From assembly GCF_009834535.1 (NCBI RefSeq), contig NC_045696.1, positions 31,250,001 through 31,314,000 on the forward strand: a stretch of 64,000 nucleotides of DNA, given 5' to 3'. A model generated the notes under the pieces. That model did no database searches. It had not been told where the DNA came from and saw only the letters and a program-made list of their open reading frames with translations. Source of the stretch: Camelus ferus (taxonomy: Eukaryota). A program made the position numbers and the translations under genes. Of this stretch, positions 25,141 to 38,917 are shown one piece after another (position 1 is the first letter of the stretch; each line of letters opens with the position of its first letter).

Positions 25141-27984
25141 TTCCTTAGTAGTTTTTCATTATATAAAATTGTCTCTGTAAATAAATCTTACCAATATGGA
25201 CTATTTCAGACCTTTCTTGAAAACCTATCATATAGTAAGAGTTCGGTCACACACTCTGCAGACCTTTAATCATTTAAGGCTTCTAATAATTTTGTGAATA
25301 TAATATAGAACAGATTTGAGAAAACTAGCTAACACCTAACATTAGCTAGTTTACCCTGAATTATATATACCAGCTTGTAAACTGTGGATCTGTGGCTTGA
25401 ACCCACTATATCTGACTCCAAACAACACCTGACTTTTTGCATGAAGTCTCACAAAAGGATTGGTTTCTTTTTGATGAATGCTCACTGGCATCTACTGGCC
25501 ACTTCTTAAAAACTTGTTGAAAGTCTGAACAAGCTAATGATTAAATGAGTGAATGAATGTGTTCCAGTATAACATCTCTACACTTCTAACCACAAATGTC
25601 TGGAAACCAGAAGTTAGTGAATAAGATGGACTACTTAAGGAAAGCATATAAAATTCTTACCCAATCACATATCCCTAGCTGCTGCAGTCAGGGAAACTGT
25701 TTAATATCGTTACACAGGAACCTATTATTATTAATTTTTACCCAAAAAGGAACTCATTCTAAATGTTGGCCTCAGTAGAAGTAATCCTTTCAGTCAAATT
25801 GAATGGGACTATAGCCTTCTCATTTGCTGTAGGAAGGCAAAAAACTGTCTAATCAAATTACCCTGTTCAGATTGGAAACTTGTTCAGCACAAGAACTTCT
25901 ATTTTATTCCCTTCTACATCCCCAACACCTAGAATGTTTACTTATACATAAACAGCACCTAGAATAAAAATATATATGTTGGATGACTATCCATTCATTC
26001 TACCAAGCTAAATACAAGGTAGGAATTTTCCCAAACTTTTTTTTCCCCTATGTTTTGTTTCCCATGCTTTGCTTAGCTATGCAATGAAAAAGATCCCTAG
26101 TTGCTAAGCACAGAATTGAACTGAAATGCCTTAGAATAAATACACCAAAAATTTTTACATTCAATAGTTTTTTTTCTTATTTTGCATGGCCATAATTTAA
26201 CATATTTGTTAAAACCTATTCTCTTCCTACTGATTTAAATCCTGCCTTTAAGTAATTAATCCCTTGCCTTTTATTTATTTAGAGTTAAGATGAAAACACA
26301 AGTGTCAAAAGGTTGTGCTTTGTTTTGTTTTTTCATAACTATAATTTATCAAGTTTCTAAAAGGCAGAATCACTAGAATTACCTATTTTACAATTACCAA
26401 CAGAAAAAGTAGGTTTCTGTTTTTTAAGGCATTTGGAGATTCAGTTTATTTCAGAAACAGAATTGGATGGATGTACTCAATTAAAAGACTAAGTTTAAAC
26501 ATACGAAATATTCTTTTGCAGTGATTATTGAGTGTTTCTAGTAGACCCAATGTCTGCATATTCTATCTAGGAAGCTTATACTATAATAGAAGAAACTCAC
26601 AGTCAAGTCTGTCACAGTTATTCACAAGATATGCAATGTGTGGTAGAAAGTATCTAAATTTTGATACAGAACTAAAAGCCATTATTGACTTCTATTATTT
26701 CTACTATCTGACTATCATCTACTAATTTTTAAAAATAGGAACTATTAAATTCTAGTTGATGTGCCATTTGGATTCTGGAGATGATTGTGGTTTGAAGAGA
26801 CATCTGATTCATGAAAGAAAAAAGGTATATGTATCTGTAATTACACCCCAATTTTTACAGAACAGTAACGAAACCAGTCCAAGAAATGGGTTTGCCATTT
26901 AAAACAGTTTAAAACCTTTTTTAAAGTTTCTACTACAGAATGCCTAATAGTAAAGCCCAAATACCACCACATTGTAAAAATCCTAAAATGCAGTTATATG
27001 AAAAGATTTCTAGTGTTTCACTTCTTTTTCAATTTTCAAAAACTGTATCAGATAGACATTCATTTAATCTGGAATTATCTCCGTTATTTCCCATATGTTC
27101 ATCATGCCTCTGTATATATCTACTTGTTAAGAGAGTACTTCAATCTCTATTCTAACCCTTAAAAAGACTGCTGTTGTTGCAAAACATCAGTATTTCCCAT
27201 GACCTAGAAAAGTAATTATTGCTTTATTCCTGGACAGACTTGAAAGGTGGCCAAGCTCACACACTAAATAACATCTCATTTAAACAGTGAATCTCAACTC
27301 AGAAAGAGAGGATAAAATACCCAGAAAATCCCTACAGATGATTTGGATGAGCATCCTCCTCTCGTTTGCCAAATTTAAACCGTTTGCTAAGGCAGTGTGA
27401 ACCCTGTGCTACAAAATCAACTGTGGAATCACACAATACCCAGCCACCATCCCCACTCTCTCCACAAATACTTCCTGATCTTTACAGCTTGTCACAATCA
27501 TATTGATAAATATTTGCTTCTATCATTTTAGAATTCCATAGTAGTTATTAGTTATATTGTATTTTCTTGTTTCTCCATCTTATCATAACTTCAATAAATG
27601 TATTATTTTATATACACAGTAGTTTTATTTCTCATTCATGTAAAAATCTCTCTGTTGAAGTTGAAGGTTGAAAGTCAATGGTTCTTCAAATAAACTATGG
27701 TATCTATGATATAATTGGGCACATAGTATTTGATTAAAAAAAACTAGAATAAATGAGAATTTGAGTATATTATTGTATTATTCAATTCAGAATTACTGGA
27801 CTAAAATAATCCATCTGAATCACACCTATTGATCAAAATGGAACAAATTCAAGATCATTTAGTACAGTGGAATATCACACTGAAAGACTTGTAACAGCAA
27901 GGTTACTGAGTGGTTATTTTTTTCTTTTCTAGACATATCTGAGAAAACTCAAACTCTCAAAATTAACTGTAACACACACTGACT

Positions 27985-28442
27985 ATTCAAGGGCCCAAAT
28001 CCTTTCTCTATTTTTCTGTCCCCAATACATATAATGACAAACCTCACTACTCAGATTCACAGCTTCTCTTTCAACCATCTGACAGCGTATTTACCAATAA
28101 CCTATAAATATTTATCTACTGGAAAGGAGTAGTTTAGAGGAAAGTGTTCGCTGTTTTGATAAAAAAGAGACAAAACAAAGAAACATGTTCTCTCTTCCCT
28201 TCCCCTTTCTGTTAGTATCAATTTTGGATGAGATGATTGGAACTGAAGCAATCATCTTTCAACCATGAAAACACAAGTATGAGGACGCACCCTATACTCT
28301 GGATACAGTGAAGTGGAAAGATGAAGATGTTTGTTGAGAGCAACTCATTCAATGCCCCAGTTGTCTAACTCTGAACTTGGTTAAACTACTGTTCATCAAG
28401 ATTTTTTGTCACTCACATTGGCAAGTACTTTTCCCTCATACA
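27985..28442 (+). mobile_element. Old MaLR LTR (MLT1J/K-like)
   Basis: GATGAGATGATTGGAACTGAAGCAATCATCTTTCAACCATGA...TTAAACTACTGTT...TTTGTCACT...ATACA end. Confidence 0.6.
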
Positions 28443-30911
28443 TTAACACTGTAATTTGAATTTATGATCACTCCAAAATTTCTTTACAATTGTAGATAAA
28501 GTAGCATATTTTCTTCTTATTTTTATATCCTGCTTTCAGATTCTTTCTGAAATATTCAGTAGGAATACTGAAAACAAGATTATTTATCCTAGGAAAAGGT
28601 AGTTTAGGCTGTCGGAAAGCCATGCACAATTTCAAAACCTTCGACAAATTTTACATTACGAAAGAAATCATATGAATCTCCTTTAAGAAAAATGAACAAA
28701 ATAATACTAGCATTGACCTGTTCTTGGACCTCATTTTCCACAAGTACAGTCATATTAGATTGAGATGAAAGTTTTCAATTCCCTGCTTTCCAACTGTATG
28801 TGTGGGAAATACAGTTTCACTTGATACTGCAAAAGGCGATCGAGTTAAATCCTTATCTCCTTGCGTGTGATTCAAGGAAGGCAAGCCTCAGAGAGCTAAA
28901 TGGTGGAAATAATTATAGGCAGTCCACTCTCACAGCTTAACAGTGGGGTCTTGCAGCATTGGGATTTTAACTTGACATTAGGTATTTGAAAAAACTTACT
29001 GTATTATTATTATTTTTGTTTCCAAAAATTGAAATAAAAGTCATGTTATAGTTCTGAAGCACCAAAAAAAGAAAATGTGCTTTTGTTCGGAATTTGACCT
29101 TTTTGGTCCACAAAACAGGCTTGCACATTTCTCTAATTTCCAAGGCTGATTAAACATTTATTCAATAGTTTTATACTGTCTTCTTTGTAACCTCACCCTG
29201 AACAACATGCAGTTAAATAATCTGTTTTAAACAGTTCCTTTTATTTCTGAATTTAAAAAGAAAAGTAGGTATTCAGAAAGATTATTTTGACTTTTCAAAT
29301 TCCTTTGTAAGAACACCAAGGCAATGTGTCATTTCAGTGTACTATTAAAAACCTATATGGATTACAGTGACATTTGTTGTTTAGAAGAAAGCAGCATTTC
29401 ATTTATTTTCTTGTATTACAGTCTTACCGATTGAGGGGGCATTACTAACTTTGTTTTATACAAAGCTATTGTTTTTTTTGCACTCTGCTTGTGCCCAATA
29501 CAATTATTGTTTTGAGTAATAATTGTAAATTAATAAAAGATTTTCATTTCTTCAAATAAATTGTGGCATAATCTGAATGAAGTCTTTTTTCTTGGCCAGA
29601 GAGCCAAGTTTCTTTCTTTCTTTTTTTTTTTTTTTCAGAGTTGAAAAGATGAGAATAAAAAACCATGTCCTTGGACTCCTGTTTTGGAAACCTGAGCATT
29701 AATTCTTCCTCACAGTCCCTTAGGCTGTCTATTATCTGATTTTAAAAGTACAGGCATTTTTATTACATTTTATTAGAATGGACATCTTAAAATAAAAGCA
29801 ATGTTTTATGGAATACCACTTTAGATATTTTTTTCCCATCCTCTCAGTAACTTTTTAAATGGGATAAATGAACCCATAAGGGATGGCTTTATTATCTTTA
29901 GGAAACTAAATATTAGTACCATATGTTAATGAAGTTTTAAGTTCCAGATAAATTACGAATGCTGGAAAATAAGCAAAGAAAATTAAGGCAAATTCATAAG
30001 AAACAACAAACCAACATCATCAATTGATTGTGTGATCTGATGTGGTTATGTTTGTTGGTCTTTAGGCTTAATTCGGTTCTTCAAACCAAACTGAATTACA
30101 ATTAAAAAAATGCCAATTTGGATCAGATTAGCTTTCTTTTCTCTATAGGACTATTCTAATAATATAAATCAGAACATTCAGTAATTCATACAATATACAA
30201 ATTAATCTTCCCTGTGTCAATACACTTTTCACTCCATAGAGTTTAATTTCTATCATATATATTAGTTCAAAGACTTTATCACATTGCAAACTTATCAAAA
30301 TTTTTCTTCTGCATATTCAATTCAAAGTAATTTTACAATATGGATACTCAGAGCTTATGAAAGTGGCAGTTTTACAAACGAAAGTAACTGCATTTAGAAT
30401 TCAGTATCTAAGTTGGTTGTGTATTTGTTTATTTTTCCACATAATCTGGGCTGTCCCATTCCAGAAGACAGTTTTCCAGAATCTGAAGCACAAATGTACC
30501 AGGGACTCCAGGCAGGCTTTTTTATTTATCAAAACAGGAACAATGATGGCAAAGGCTGCAGTACACTAAGGGCTGGCTGCACATCCCAGGCTAGACATTC
30601 ATATATATGTTCTTCACCTGTGGCAGAAAGTTCCTGTTTCCTGTTACTCTTCATAATGGTCCCTTCAAGAAAACTGGTATCTCTTCATGGAAATCATACT
30701 GGCTCCTAATCCATCAAGGTAGTCTCCAGTGTAAAAACGCTTGTAAATGTGCATACATAAAAAAGCATAAGGTCACATCTGATTGCTCCCATCTTGTCAT
30801 CAAGTTGTTACTCCAATAGCATTTATTGAAAAACACCTGAAGTTTCCAATGATTCACAAAACCTTTCTGTCGTTAGGAAATTCAGGTAGCAGATAGACAG
30901 CCAAATAGGTA

Positions 30912-31556
30912 TCATCATTTCTTGTTACTTGCAAGTCGTTATGTTCTATAAGAAAATTACCACAGACTTGATTTAGCAAATACTAAAGAACCACTCCCAG
31001 AAGAAATACAGGGTTAGGTTCCTGTGAACATTTGCTCACAACATTTTCATCAGCTTATGAGTAGATAACTTGTTTTAGGCCTGTTGCCTTTGAAAGATAC
31101 TTTATTTAGTGTATAATGTTGATTCATCAGCATTAAACTCAAGGCCAGCAGCACTACTACTCATATCTGAACACAGCTTATAGAAGATGTGTATTTCCTT
31201 TGTAAGGCACATAACAGCCTTCTTCCACCAGGAACACTCGATAACACTGCAGTACTATGCTTGGGGTCCATTTTAAATAGCAAAGTCATTAACAAAAGCA
31301 CAAAAGTCCAAGATATGTGTTACCAAACAGGTTGTGAAAAAGACAACTGTTTTGCATGGGACAGCTGAAAGAACGCAGAGGGTTGCTTTTTCTATTGGCC
31401 AGAAGCTTGTGCATTGGTGACTCAGATTTTTTGCAGGTCTTAGCAAAATATCTGAGAATGAGTGGGAAAACGACATGAATGTTGATGTGGGATTTACATT
31501 TTAGTGAGTGAAACAAATTCACAAATATGGAATCCTCAGATAATGAGGATAGAATG
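30912..31556 (+). mobile_element. MER82 (TcMar-Tigger non-autonomous DNA transposon)
   Basis: GTTATGTTCTATAA...GAAATACAGGGTTAGGTTCCTG...CACAACATTTTC; ends ATAATGAGGATAGAATG; TA on both flanks. Confidence 0.8.
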
Positions 31557-31599
31557 TAGGTAGACAGACAGACAGCTTGGTTTATATGGTTTTGTTTCT

Positions 31600-32400
31600 T
31601 TTGGTATGAACATTTTTAATGCTAAGATTTATAAATATATTTATTATACTTCTTCATAGATGTATTACATTATTGTGTAATAATAATCTGATGCATTTAA
31701 TAGTACTTTGTTTTATCTTCTGATTATAAAAATAAAAGTTGTTTATTATTAAAAAGTATATGAAAAATACTTAAACATATAAAGGGAAACAAATTACACA
31801 GAATTATGCTATTTAAAGGTGAATCAAGTCAGAGAATATATATAACATTACACTGTACATATCTTTGGCTGTTTTAAATTAATGCAATCTCTATTGTTGG
31901 GCTTTATATTGTTCTCCTTTTTCTCATTATTATAAAGAAATTATGATAACATTCATTTTCTTAATTTTTCCCTCTATTTTGGATTCTTATTGAAATTTCT
32001 GGGTAAAAGTTAATGTTTCAAGGCTCTTAGTTAATAAAAGATGGTTAAATGAACTTACATCCTCAATATCCTTAGAGGATATAAGTGTGCTCCTTTCATT
32101 TCATCATGTTCTCCCGGCATTGGCTATAATCATTAATACACACATACACACACACACCCCCCATAATGAAAATTAGGCAAGCATTTTCTTCCTTTTACAA
32201 TACATCTACACAACAGTCTTTAAAATAAATTTTTAACATTTTTTACCATTTACTTTCCTGGTTCTGTGAATTGTATATTGATGTCATTTGCACAGATTTT
32301 GACTGAGTAACAGAATTTTTTGTCTTATTCATTTGTATGAACTCTTTTTGAATTAGCCCTTTATCTGCCACATGTGTAACAAATTATTTCTCCCAAATTA
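31600..32400 (-). mobile_element. Very old L1ME-type remnant
   Basis: Decayed antisense L1 text (TTCTGTGAATTGTATATTGATGTCATTTGCACA, TTCATTTGTATGAACTCTTT). Confidence 0.4.
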
Positions 32401-32469
32401 TCATTACAATTTTGTGGTTAATTGCCTCTCAGTATCCATTATCTCTATCTTCCTTGTATTAATAGAAAC

Positions 32470-33001
32470 CCTGAATACTGCCTCAAACTCTTCCTTTGAA
32501 ATCCTCCCCATCTCAATTAATGGTCATTCAGCTCCTCTCAGATTCTATCATTAAAACTTTTGTAGTCAATCCTGACACTTCTCTTTCCATCATACTCTAT
32601 CTGTAAATTCTGTCAGGACATGCTATTTTTCCAACCAGTACCCATCATCATCACTGCTAACAATTCATTCTGTGACACCATCATCTCTCACCTGGATTAT
32701 TGTAGTATCTTTGTGGCTGATCTCCTAGCTTCCACCTTTGACCCCAGTCTATTTTCCACACAGTTGCCAGAATGATACTATTAAAATGTCAAGTTAGATC
32801 AGATCAACCCTACAAAAGTTTCTTCATAAAAGTCAAATCTCTAAAATGGCCTACTTGATCTATAAACTCTTGGAACTCATCTCTCATTAAGCAACCTCAC
32901 CATCACTCTTCTAAAGCATGTTGGTCTCTTTGCTCTTCTTCAATCAAAGCAGGCATGCCTCCAGCTTACACCTTACACTGTCTTTTCCCTGTGCCTGGAA
33001 T
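32470..33001 (+). mobile_element. LINE-2 (L2a-like) fragment
   Basis: CACCATCATCTCTCACCTGGATTATTG, CACACAGTTGCCAGAATGAT, TTCCCTGTGCCTGGAAT. Confidence 0.8.
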
Positions 33002-34790
33002 AAAGTAGGGAGTGAATCTCTTCAAATTCCTTGAAAACAACATTTCTACTCATTTATTATTATCCTTTCTGTTTTCAGATGAACTTAATAGTCATAGGTG
33101 TATTTTCTATTAATAATAAATTTAGCAAGAATTATTTATACTTCTTTTATAAACCTCACTAGTGATCTAAAACTATCTTTGCATTAAGGACTATTTTGTC
33201 ACAGAATCTTAATAGTTCATAATAGTCTTGAATAATTAATCAATCCTGAACCCATGAACTAATTTTAAAACAGCCTATCTTATTAACATTATATAAATTC
33301 TTTGTATAGTGGCAAGTCATAATTGTCATCGATTCTTAAAATCATAAAATATATCAATTTTTAAAAGCACACATTTAGACATTATCTGAACATAGAGTGT
33401 ATATTGATTCCTTGGGTGGTATTTCTAATATATTACTACTACTTACACCTCTTTTAATAAAATATGTTATGCCAGGTATAAAGGGATCTAAGTGTAAGAT
33501 ATGTTGTTCTCCATAAATATGCTATTCCAATGGTTATTAATAAATTTTTTGACTCACCATAATTTATCTGGCCAGTTCCATTTTATGAGCATTGCTAAGA
33601 CATTATAATATATTAAATGTTTTCATATTTAATGTTGTAGAGAGAGGGATCAGCCAGTTACCTTTATTGAAGAAAATATAACTCACAGAAAAATATGTAG
33701 TATGAAATTCACCCATACCTCCCACCCACTGGAAACTTCTGGTCTGAGTGATGACACACCATTCCACACCTTATCTGGAGAAAGGGCATTTATAGGGACT
33801 TTGAAGAGAAAGAGGTGTGACATTCTAAATCACACAGTCAGGAGACAGCAGAGTCTGCAAAGCATTAAGAAAAATTGTGAGAGACTCTTCAAAGAATAAA
33901 TTGCTTGTTCAAAGTGAAGGATTCATATCACAAAGAAATAGAAGGTATATTTGTAGATATATACTGGAGCATATCACTCTTTCTTAGATTCCTTGGGAAT
34001 CTGCACATGATAGGATCATGAGAAACAAAGAAATGGCCTTGCTTATATTTTCAGTTAATGATTAAGTAAAACTGGGACATTTCTCTATCTAAATGTGTGG
34101 GAGAGAGTGGGAGAAGGTGGATAGAGTGACCACCAGAGAAATTATTAGTTTCCTGTCATATAGTTCTAGGCAGTGAGATATTAAAGTGAATAGAAAGGAA
34201 AAAGTACTCATGAAAGATATTTTAAAAAGGAAAAGTAAATTTACATAGAAGATTGGATCTAGGGATGAAGGAATAAAAACTCAGAGATGGCTAGAGGTTG
34301 AAGGTAGGGTTTTCGTGAATAAGTATAAATATATAATCATAAAGTATTATATCCAAGTAAGTGGCTAAAGATTCCTAATCCTGAAGCTGAAATTTGGAAC
34401 CTGTAGAACTGCTCAGCCCTCATTGACAAGGGATGCTTGTTACACACTGGCATTAACTATTTATACGGTGTCTGAGAAGCCCAACAGAAGCGTAGGATAA
34501 CAATACACATCTTCAAGCTGTGTTCACGGGGGCACTTTAACAGGCATGAGTTATCAGTACTTACCCAGAGGTGACCTCTGTGCTCTAACAGATCAACTCG
34601 CCTTTTGGAATATGATATGTAGCTATTTATCATGCATTTTTTTCAATCTCTCTCTTAATCACTCTCTCTTCCTATCCTCCCTCTGATTTCCTAAGCTATG
34701 TGGACAAAGTCCCAAATTTTTATTTAACTTCTAGTTGAAATTCTGACTGAAGACAAGAGAAACACAAATGGAAAGTAGAGCAGAAATAGA

Positions 34791-34926
34791 ATTGTACAGC
34801 AGAGGGAATGTAGTCAATAGTTTATAATAACTTTAAATGGAGTATAATCTATAAAAATATTGAATCACTATCTTGTACACCTGAAACTAATATAACATTG
34901 GAAATCAACTATACTTAGAATAAAAA
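34791..34926 (+). mobile_element. L1 extreme 3' end (laurasiatherian type)
   Basis: GTACAGCAGAGGGAAT...TGAATCACTATCTTGTACACCTGAAACTAATATAACATTG..AATCAACTATACTT..AATAAAAA. Confidence 0.85.
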
Positions 34927-36099
34927 TGTATATATCACCTTGTGAACTTACACAGTATAAAGAAACCAGAAATAAAGTGCTTATTTTTTTCATTCTCCTT
35001 TTCAAAGTCTAATAATGGGCTAGCATTTAGAAGTTCACTTACTAGGAAAAAAAAAGTTGAATATTTTAGTGTTTCCAAAATGAATGGATTCTTTCTCCTC
35101 AGCTGTCTAACTGTGTGTGTTATATGTGTATGGGAGTATGTATGCATCTGTCTTTATGAATTAAATATTGGTAAGTTTTAAGTTATCCATCTAAATCTAT
35201 AATATGCATGAGTTCTATACTGCTAGCACATTTTATACTGTTTTGCAAATTGACTACACAAAAGCAAAAAGTACTTTTATATGTACCTTTGGATCCCTCA
35301 GAGTATCTAGCATAGTGAAATTAATAAACTTGCTGGAAATGTAAGAAATAAATGAATATGTATTATCTCTGTGACTAAAAGGATAAACCCTCAGTATAAC
35401 TATCTAGGATTCAAAAATGAACTCTTCTTAAGATAAAGTTTTTCTTTGCGAAGTGGCAGGTTAAAATATGACCCTAAGTTAACCAAGACTGCTATCTCAG
35501 GAATGGCAAAAGTGTCATATTTGTATGCTTGGTTGATTGGGATCAGCTCACTAAGATTCTTTGTTTAAGCCATTTTAGTAATTAACACAAAAAGTACACA
35601 GATCAATTAGCAATGCCTGCCATGTACTCCAGATATAGCAATAGTAGCATGCATATTTGCTGACCCCAATTTAATTCATTTATAAAGGACATTCCTTCAT
35701 GGAACTATTATACATTGAATTTCACAATATGAATAAAAGCTTCTTATAGTAAAGGCCCAGAGAAGAGAGAAACAGTATAATAATGTGCAAGCCATAGAGA
35801 AGACTTATAGGGAAGAAAAGAAAGAACAATTAGCCTTTAGGGAATTGGTGGAAATGTTAGGACCTCTGAGAAAATGCAAGTGAAAAACACTCATATAATC
35901 ACAGAACACAATTCATTGGACATTAATATCAACTATAGGCAGGCTCCATCTAAAGCAGATTGTATTCTTAAATACACTACTAAGTACCTTTCTCTGCTGG
36001 CCTTGTGTCCCCAGACTCCCACTATTACTGCTTTATTTCCTCCACTCTGACTCTATTTTTTAACCTCTCTTCACCTGTAACTCTGCAAAATAAAATTAA

Positions 36100-36375
36100 A
36101 AAAAAGCATCCGCAATTGCTGCTTCCCTTCTGCCTTTTCAGTTCTTCTCAAGCCATTGTTCTTTTACTTTAAAACCCATTCCTGATGAAATTGTTTTCTA
36201 AAAGGTTAACAATGATCTCCAAATTGCCAAATTTGATAGCTATTTTATCACTGTACTTAGACTGCAGAATTCGACAGTGTTAACAATCCATTTCTAAAAA
36301 GTCTGCTCTCTTTCCATCCATGAAAACTTGTTCTCTTTGTTCCATAAGAATCTTCAGGGACTTTTACTAGGTCAT
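36100..36375 (+). mobile_element. LINE-2 reverse-transcriptase region remnant
   Basis: AAGGTTAACAATGATCTCCAAATTGCCAAA...TTCGACAGTGTTAAC reads as KVNNDL.IAK...FDSV, the L2/CR1 RT motif. Confidence 0.65.
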
Positions 36376-38629
36376 CCGAAATTTATTATCTTCTTTCCTA
36401 TTTCTTTAATTTCTTTCCTATTTCTTTTCCTATTTTCTGAGTTCTAAGTATTTGTCAAGATCCTTATAAGTGTGAAAAATTAAGACTTGCCCTCAGTGAG
36501 CTCATGCTCCAGTTGGGTAGTTAGGAATGCAGAGAAGCACACAACAGTCAAGTGAAATGATATAAATACACATCTGTGAGGTGACAAAAGACGTTTCCTG
36601 AATTTAAAAACAATTCAGACTTGAGACTACTGAAAATTGGCCTTAATGGTAAAATAAATTCCACCAATTTGATAAATTGCTTATTTATCCTTATTAACTA
36701 CATAATAAATTTCCATTGACAGAATCATAAACCTTGCCTACCCCTGAAAACAAAGAGAACCCTCCTGAGCAGAGATTATTACAGTTTCCTGTAGCATTTT
36801 ATTTCACTTGCCTACTTTGGACACCTCAGGAGGCATTACCAATTGCAGAGTATCTATGATTGACCAAAGGCAGATATACCTAAAATATTTAACCTGTAGA
36901 TAAACTTACAACCCACACATCAATTTCTGTCTCCACTTCAAAATAACTTTAGCAAACTGTATACTTATTCATGCATTTAAATATAGAAAACTAAAGAAAA
37001 AAGTCAAAATTTCAGAAATTCACATATTACTATCATTGAACAAAATGATGTGCTTTTATCACTCCTCTAATTTTCAAATACTAGTCCAAAAAGTTTTCTG
37101 AAGGGGATGGTTTGAGGTCAAGGGGACTGATTAGTGGAAATAATAAATATACTACATATATTAATATATGATTTATATATCACTTCCTGTACAGGAAATT
37201 TTGAAAAATTGTATGTTCTGCATTTTTTAGAAAAATCAGTAGAGCTTTATTATATTTGAATGATGTGTTCAAAGTAAAACAAGAAGTGAAGAAAAAAAGA
37301 ATAAAACAATCATCTCTTTTTATTGTCCTGAGTTTTTGTCACTATTCTGTGTTGCCCTTATAGATGTTAGTCTTTTAAAAGAATCAAGCTACCAAAAAAT
37401 ATTTTTCTTGGTGAATGCAAGGCTTTCCCTGATGAAACCAAATGGTTGCAGTATACAGAAAATTTCACATCGATAAACCTGAAATAGACTTTCAAATAGT
37501 ACATAGGTCTCTTTATATCTGAATCAAATGTCAATGGTTCATGACCTTAACTTCTTTGAAATGATAAGTCTTGAAAATTTTGAGGCTTGTGAGCATATTA
37601 TAGGAGTTACTTAAATCTTATGGTTTGCACTGATGTCAGTTACAAAAACAAAGGAAAACAAAACCCGGAGCAGTAATTATTTTAATTATAGTGAAGGAAA
37701 TCTTGGAGAAAGATGAGCTTTGTCCTGCTGTGTGGAAATGTATAGTTTCACAGATCTAAACATCACTTAAAGAAGTTTTAAAAGAAAAGTACAGAGAATT
37801 TATTTCATAATGTGAAAATTACTTTGGGATGTAAGTCATAATAATAATAATTAGATATTAGTTGATGAGAAAATATGAATTTTAATAATACCATTCAGTC
37901 TTTAAAGACATTAACTATTTAAGAACTTTATACAACTAAGAAAAACTATTTATGACAAATTAATTTTTGACAAATTTTTATGACATTCCATAAAATTTTT
38001 AAATAAGCTGAAGTGTGAATAAATAAGCACAATAGCTTTGAAACAAATAATCTTTCAGCAAAGTGGCATTTCAACTGTTTGTAATGATACACCTCAATCA
38101 GAAAAAGCTTTTGAAACCATAGTCCCATTAGGTAACTATGATTATTTATTAATATATTATATCCAGGTATTATTTAATTGTTACATTCTGTACATCATAA
38201 AACAGACACAAGGTAAAAACAGATATGAGTAAGATTTGCTTGATATCATCAGGTTGTATATACCCTGCCTGAAAGACTATAACTCAGATATTATAAAAAA
38301 CAGTCTGTGATAATGAAAATCAGCTTACCAAAAGCTATCTCCTAGGTCTAGATTGTTTTATAATCTATAGAAATCTAGAGCTCTTTTTGCTGTTTACAAG
38401 ACTATAAAAGCTATTTAAACAATGTAAAGGAGACTGTTTCAGAGTCCATTTGTGAAAAATTTCATCCCTGAATAGATGAGTGAGTGTTTTTCCAAAAGGT
38501 ATCCTATAGCTGCTGAGCTCATGTGAGGTAACCCTGGAGTTAACTATTCCAAGATAAACATAAGCATGGATATTATGAGGGACAGAGTCAAGGGCCTCCA
38601 TCAATTCAGCAAGGAATATTTGAGTAAAG

Positions 38630-38730
38630 CTAAAATATCTGATCATCCTCATTTTACAGATGTAAAGTTGAAGTCTGAGGAAGTTAGAAGAACTCTCTAA
38701 AAGTTAATCTAATACGAAGATGTAGGACCA
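38630..38730 (-). mobile_element. MIR core remnant
   Basis: ATCCTCATTTTACAGATG...TGAAGTCTGAGGAAGTTA. Confidence 0.6.
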
Positions 38731-38772
38731 TCTTTAAAATGGTAAAATGGAAAATTAAAAACAAGAGATCCC

Positions 38773-38917
38773 ACAAACCACTATGTATAAAATAAATATG
38801 CTACAGGATATACAGTACAACACAGGGAATACAAGCCACTATTTTCTAATAACTATAAATGGAATATAACCTTTAAAAACTGTGAATCACTATATTGTAC
38901 AACTGAAAGTCAACATT
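38773..38917 (+). mobile_element. L1 3'UTR fragment lacking a poly-A tail
   Basis: CTATGTATAAAATAAAT..GCTACAGGATATA..GTACAACACAGGGAATA...TGTGAATCACTATATTGTACA. Confidence 0.8.

Noticed and set aside
28815..28940. 41-codon frame containing the TPR-like peptide LQKAIELNPY
   Set aside because: No ATG, poor acceptor, no further TPR pattern, ends in a stop; consistent with chance.
34566..34580. Palindrome CAGAGGT-G-ACCTCTG next to a minus-strand donor-like site
   Set aside because: 7-bp arms are expected by chance in 64 kb, and no matching acceptor was found.
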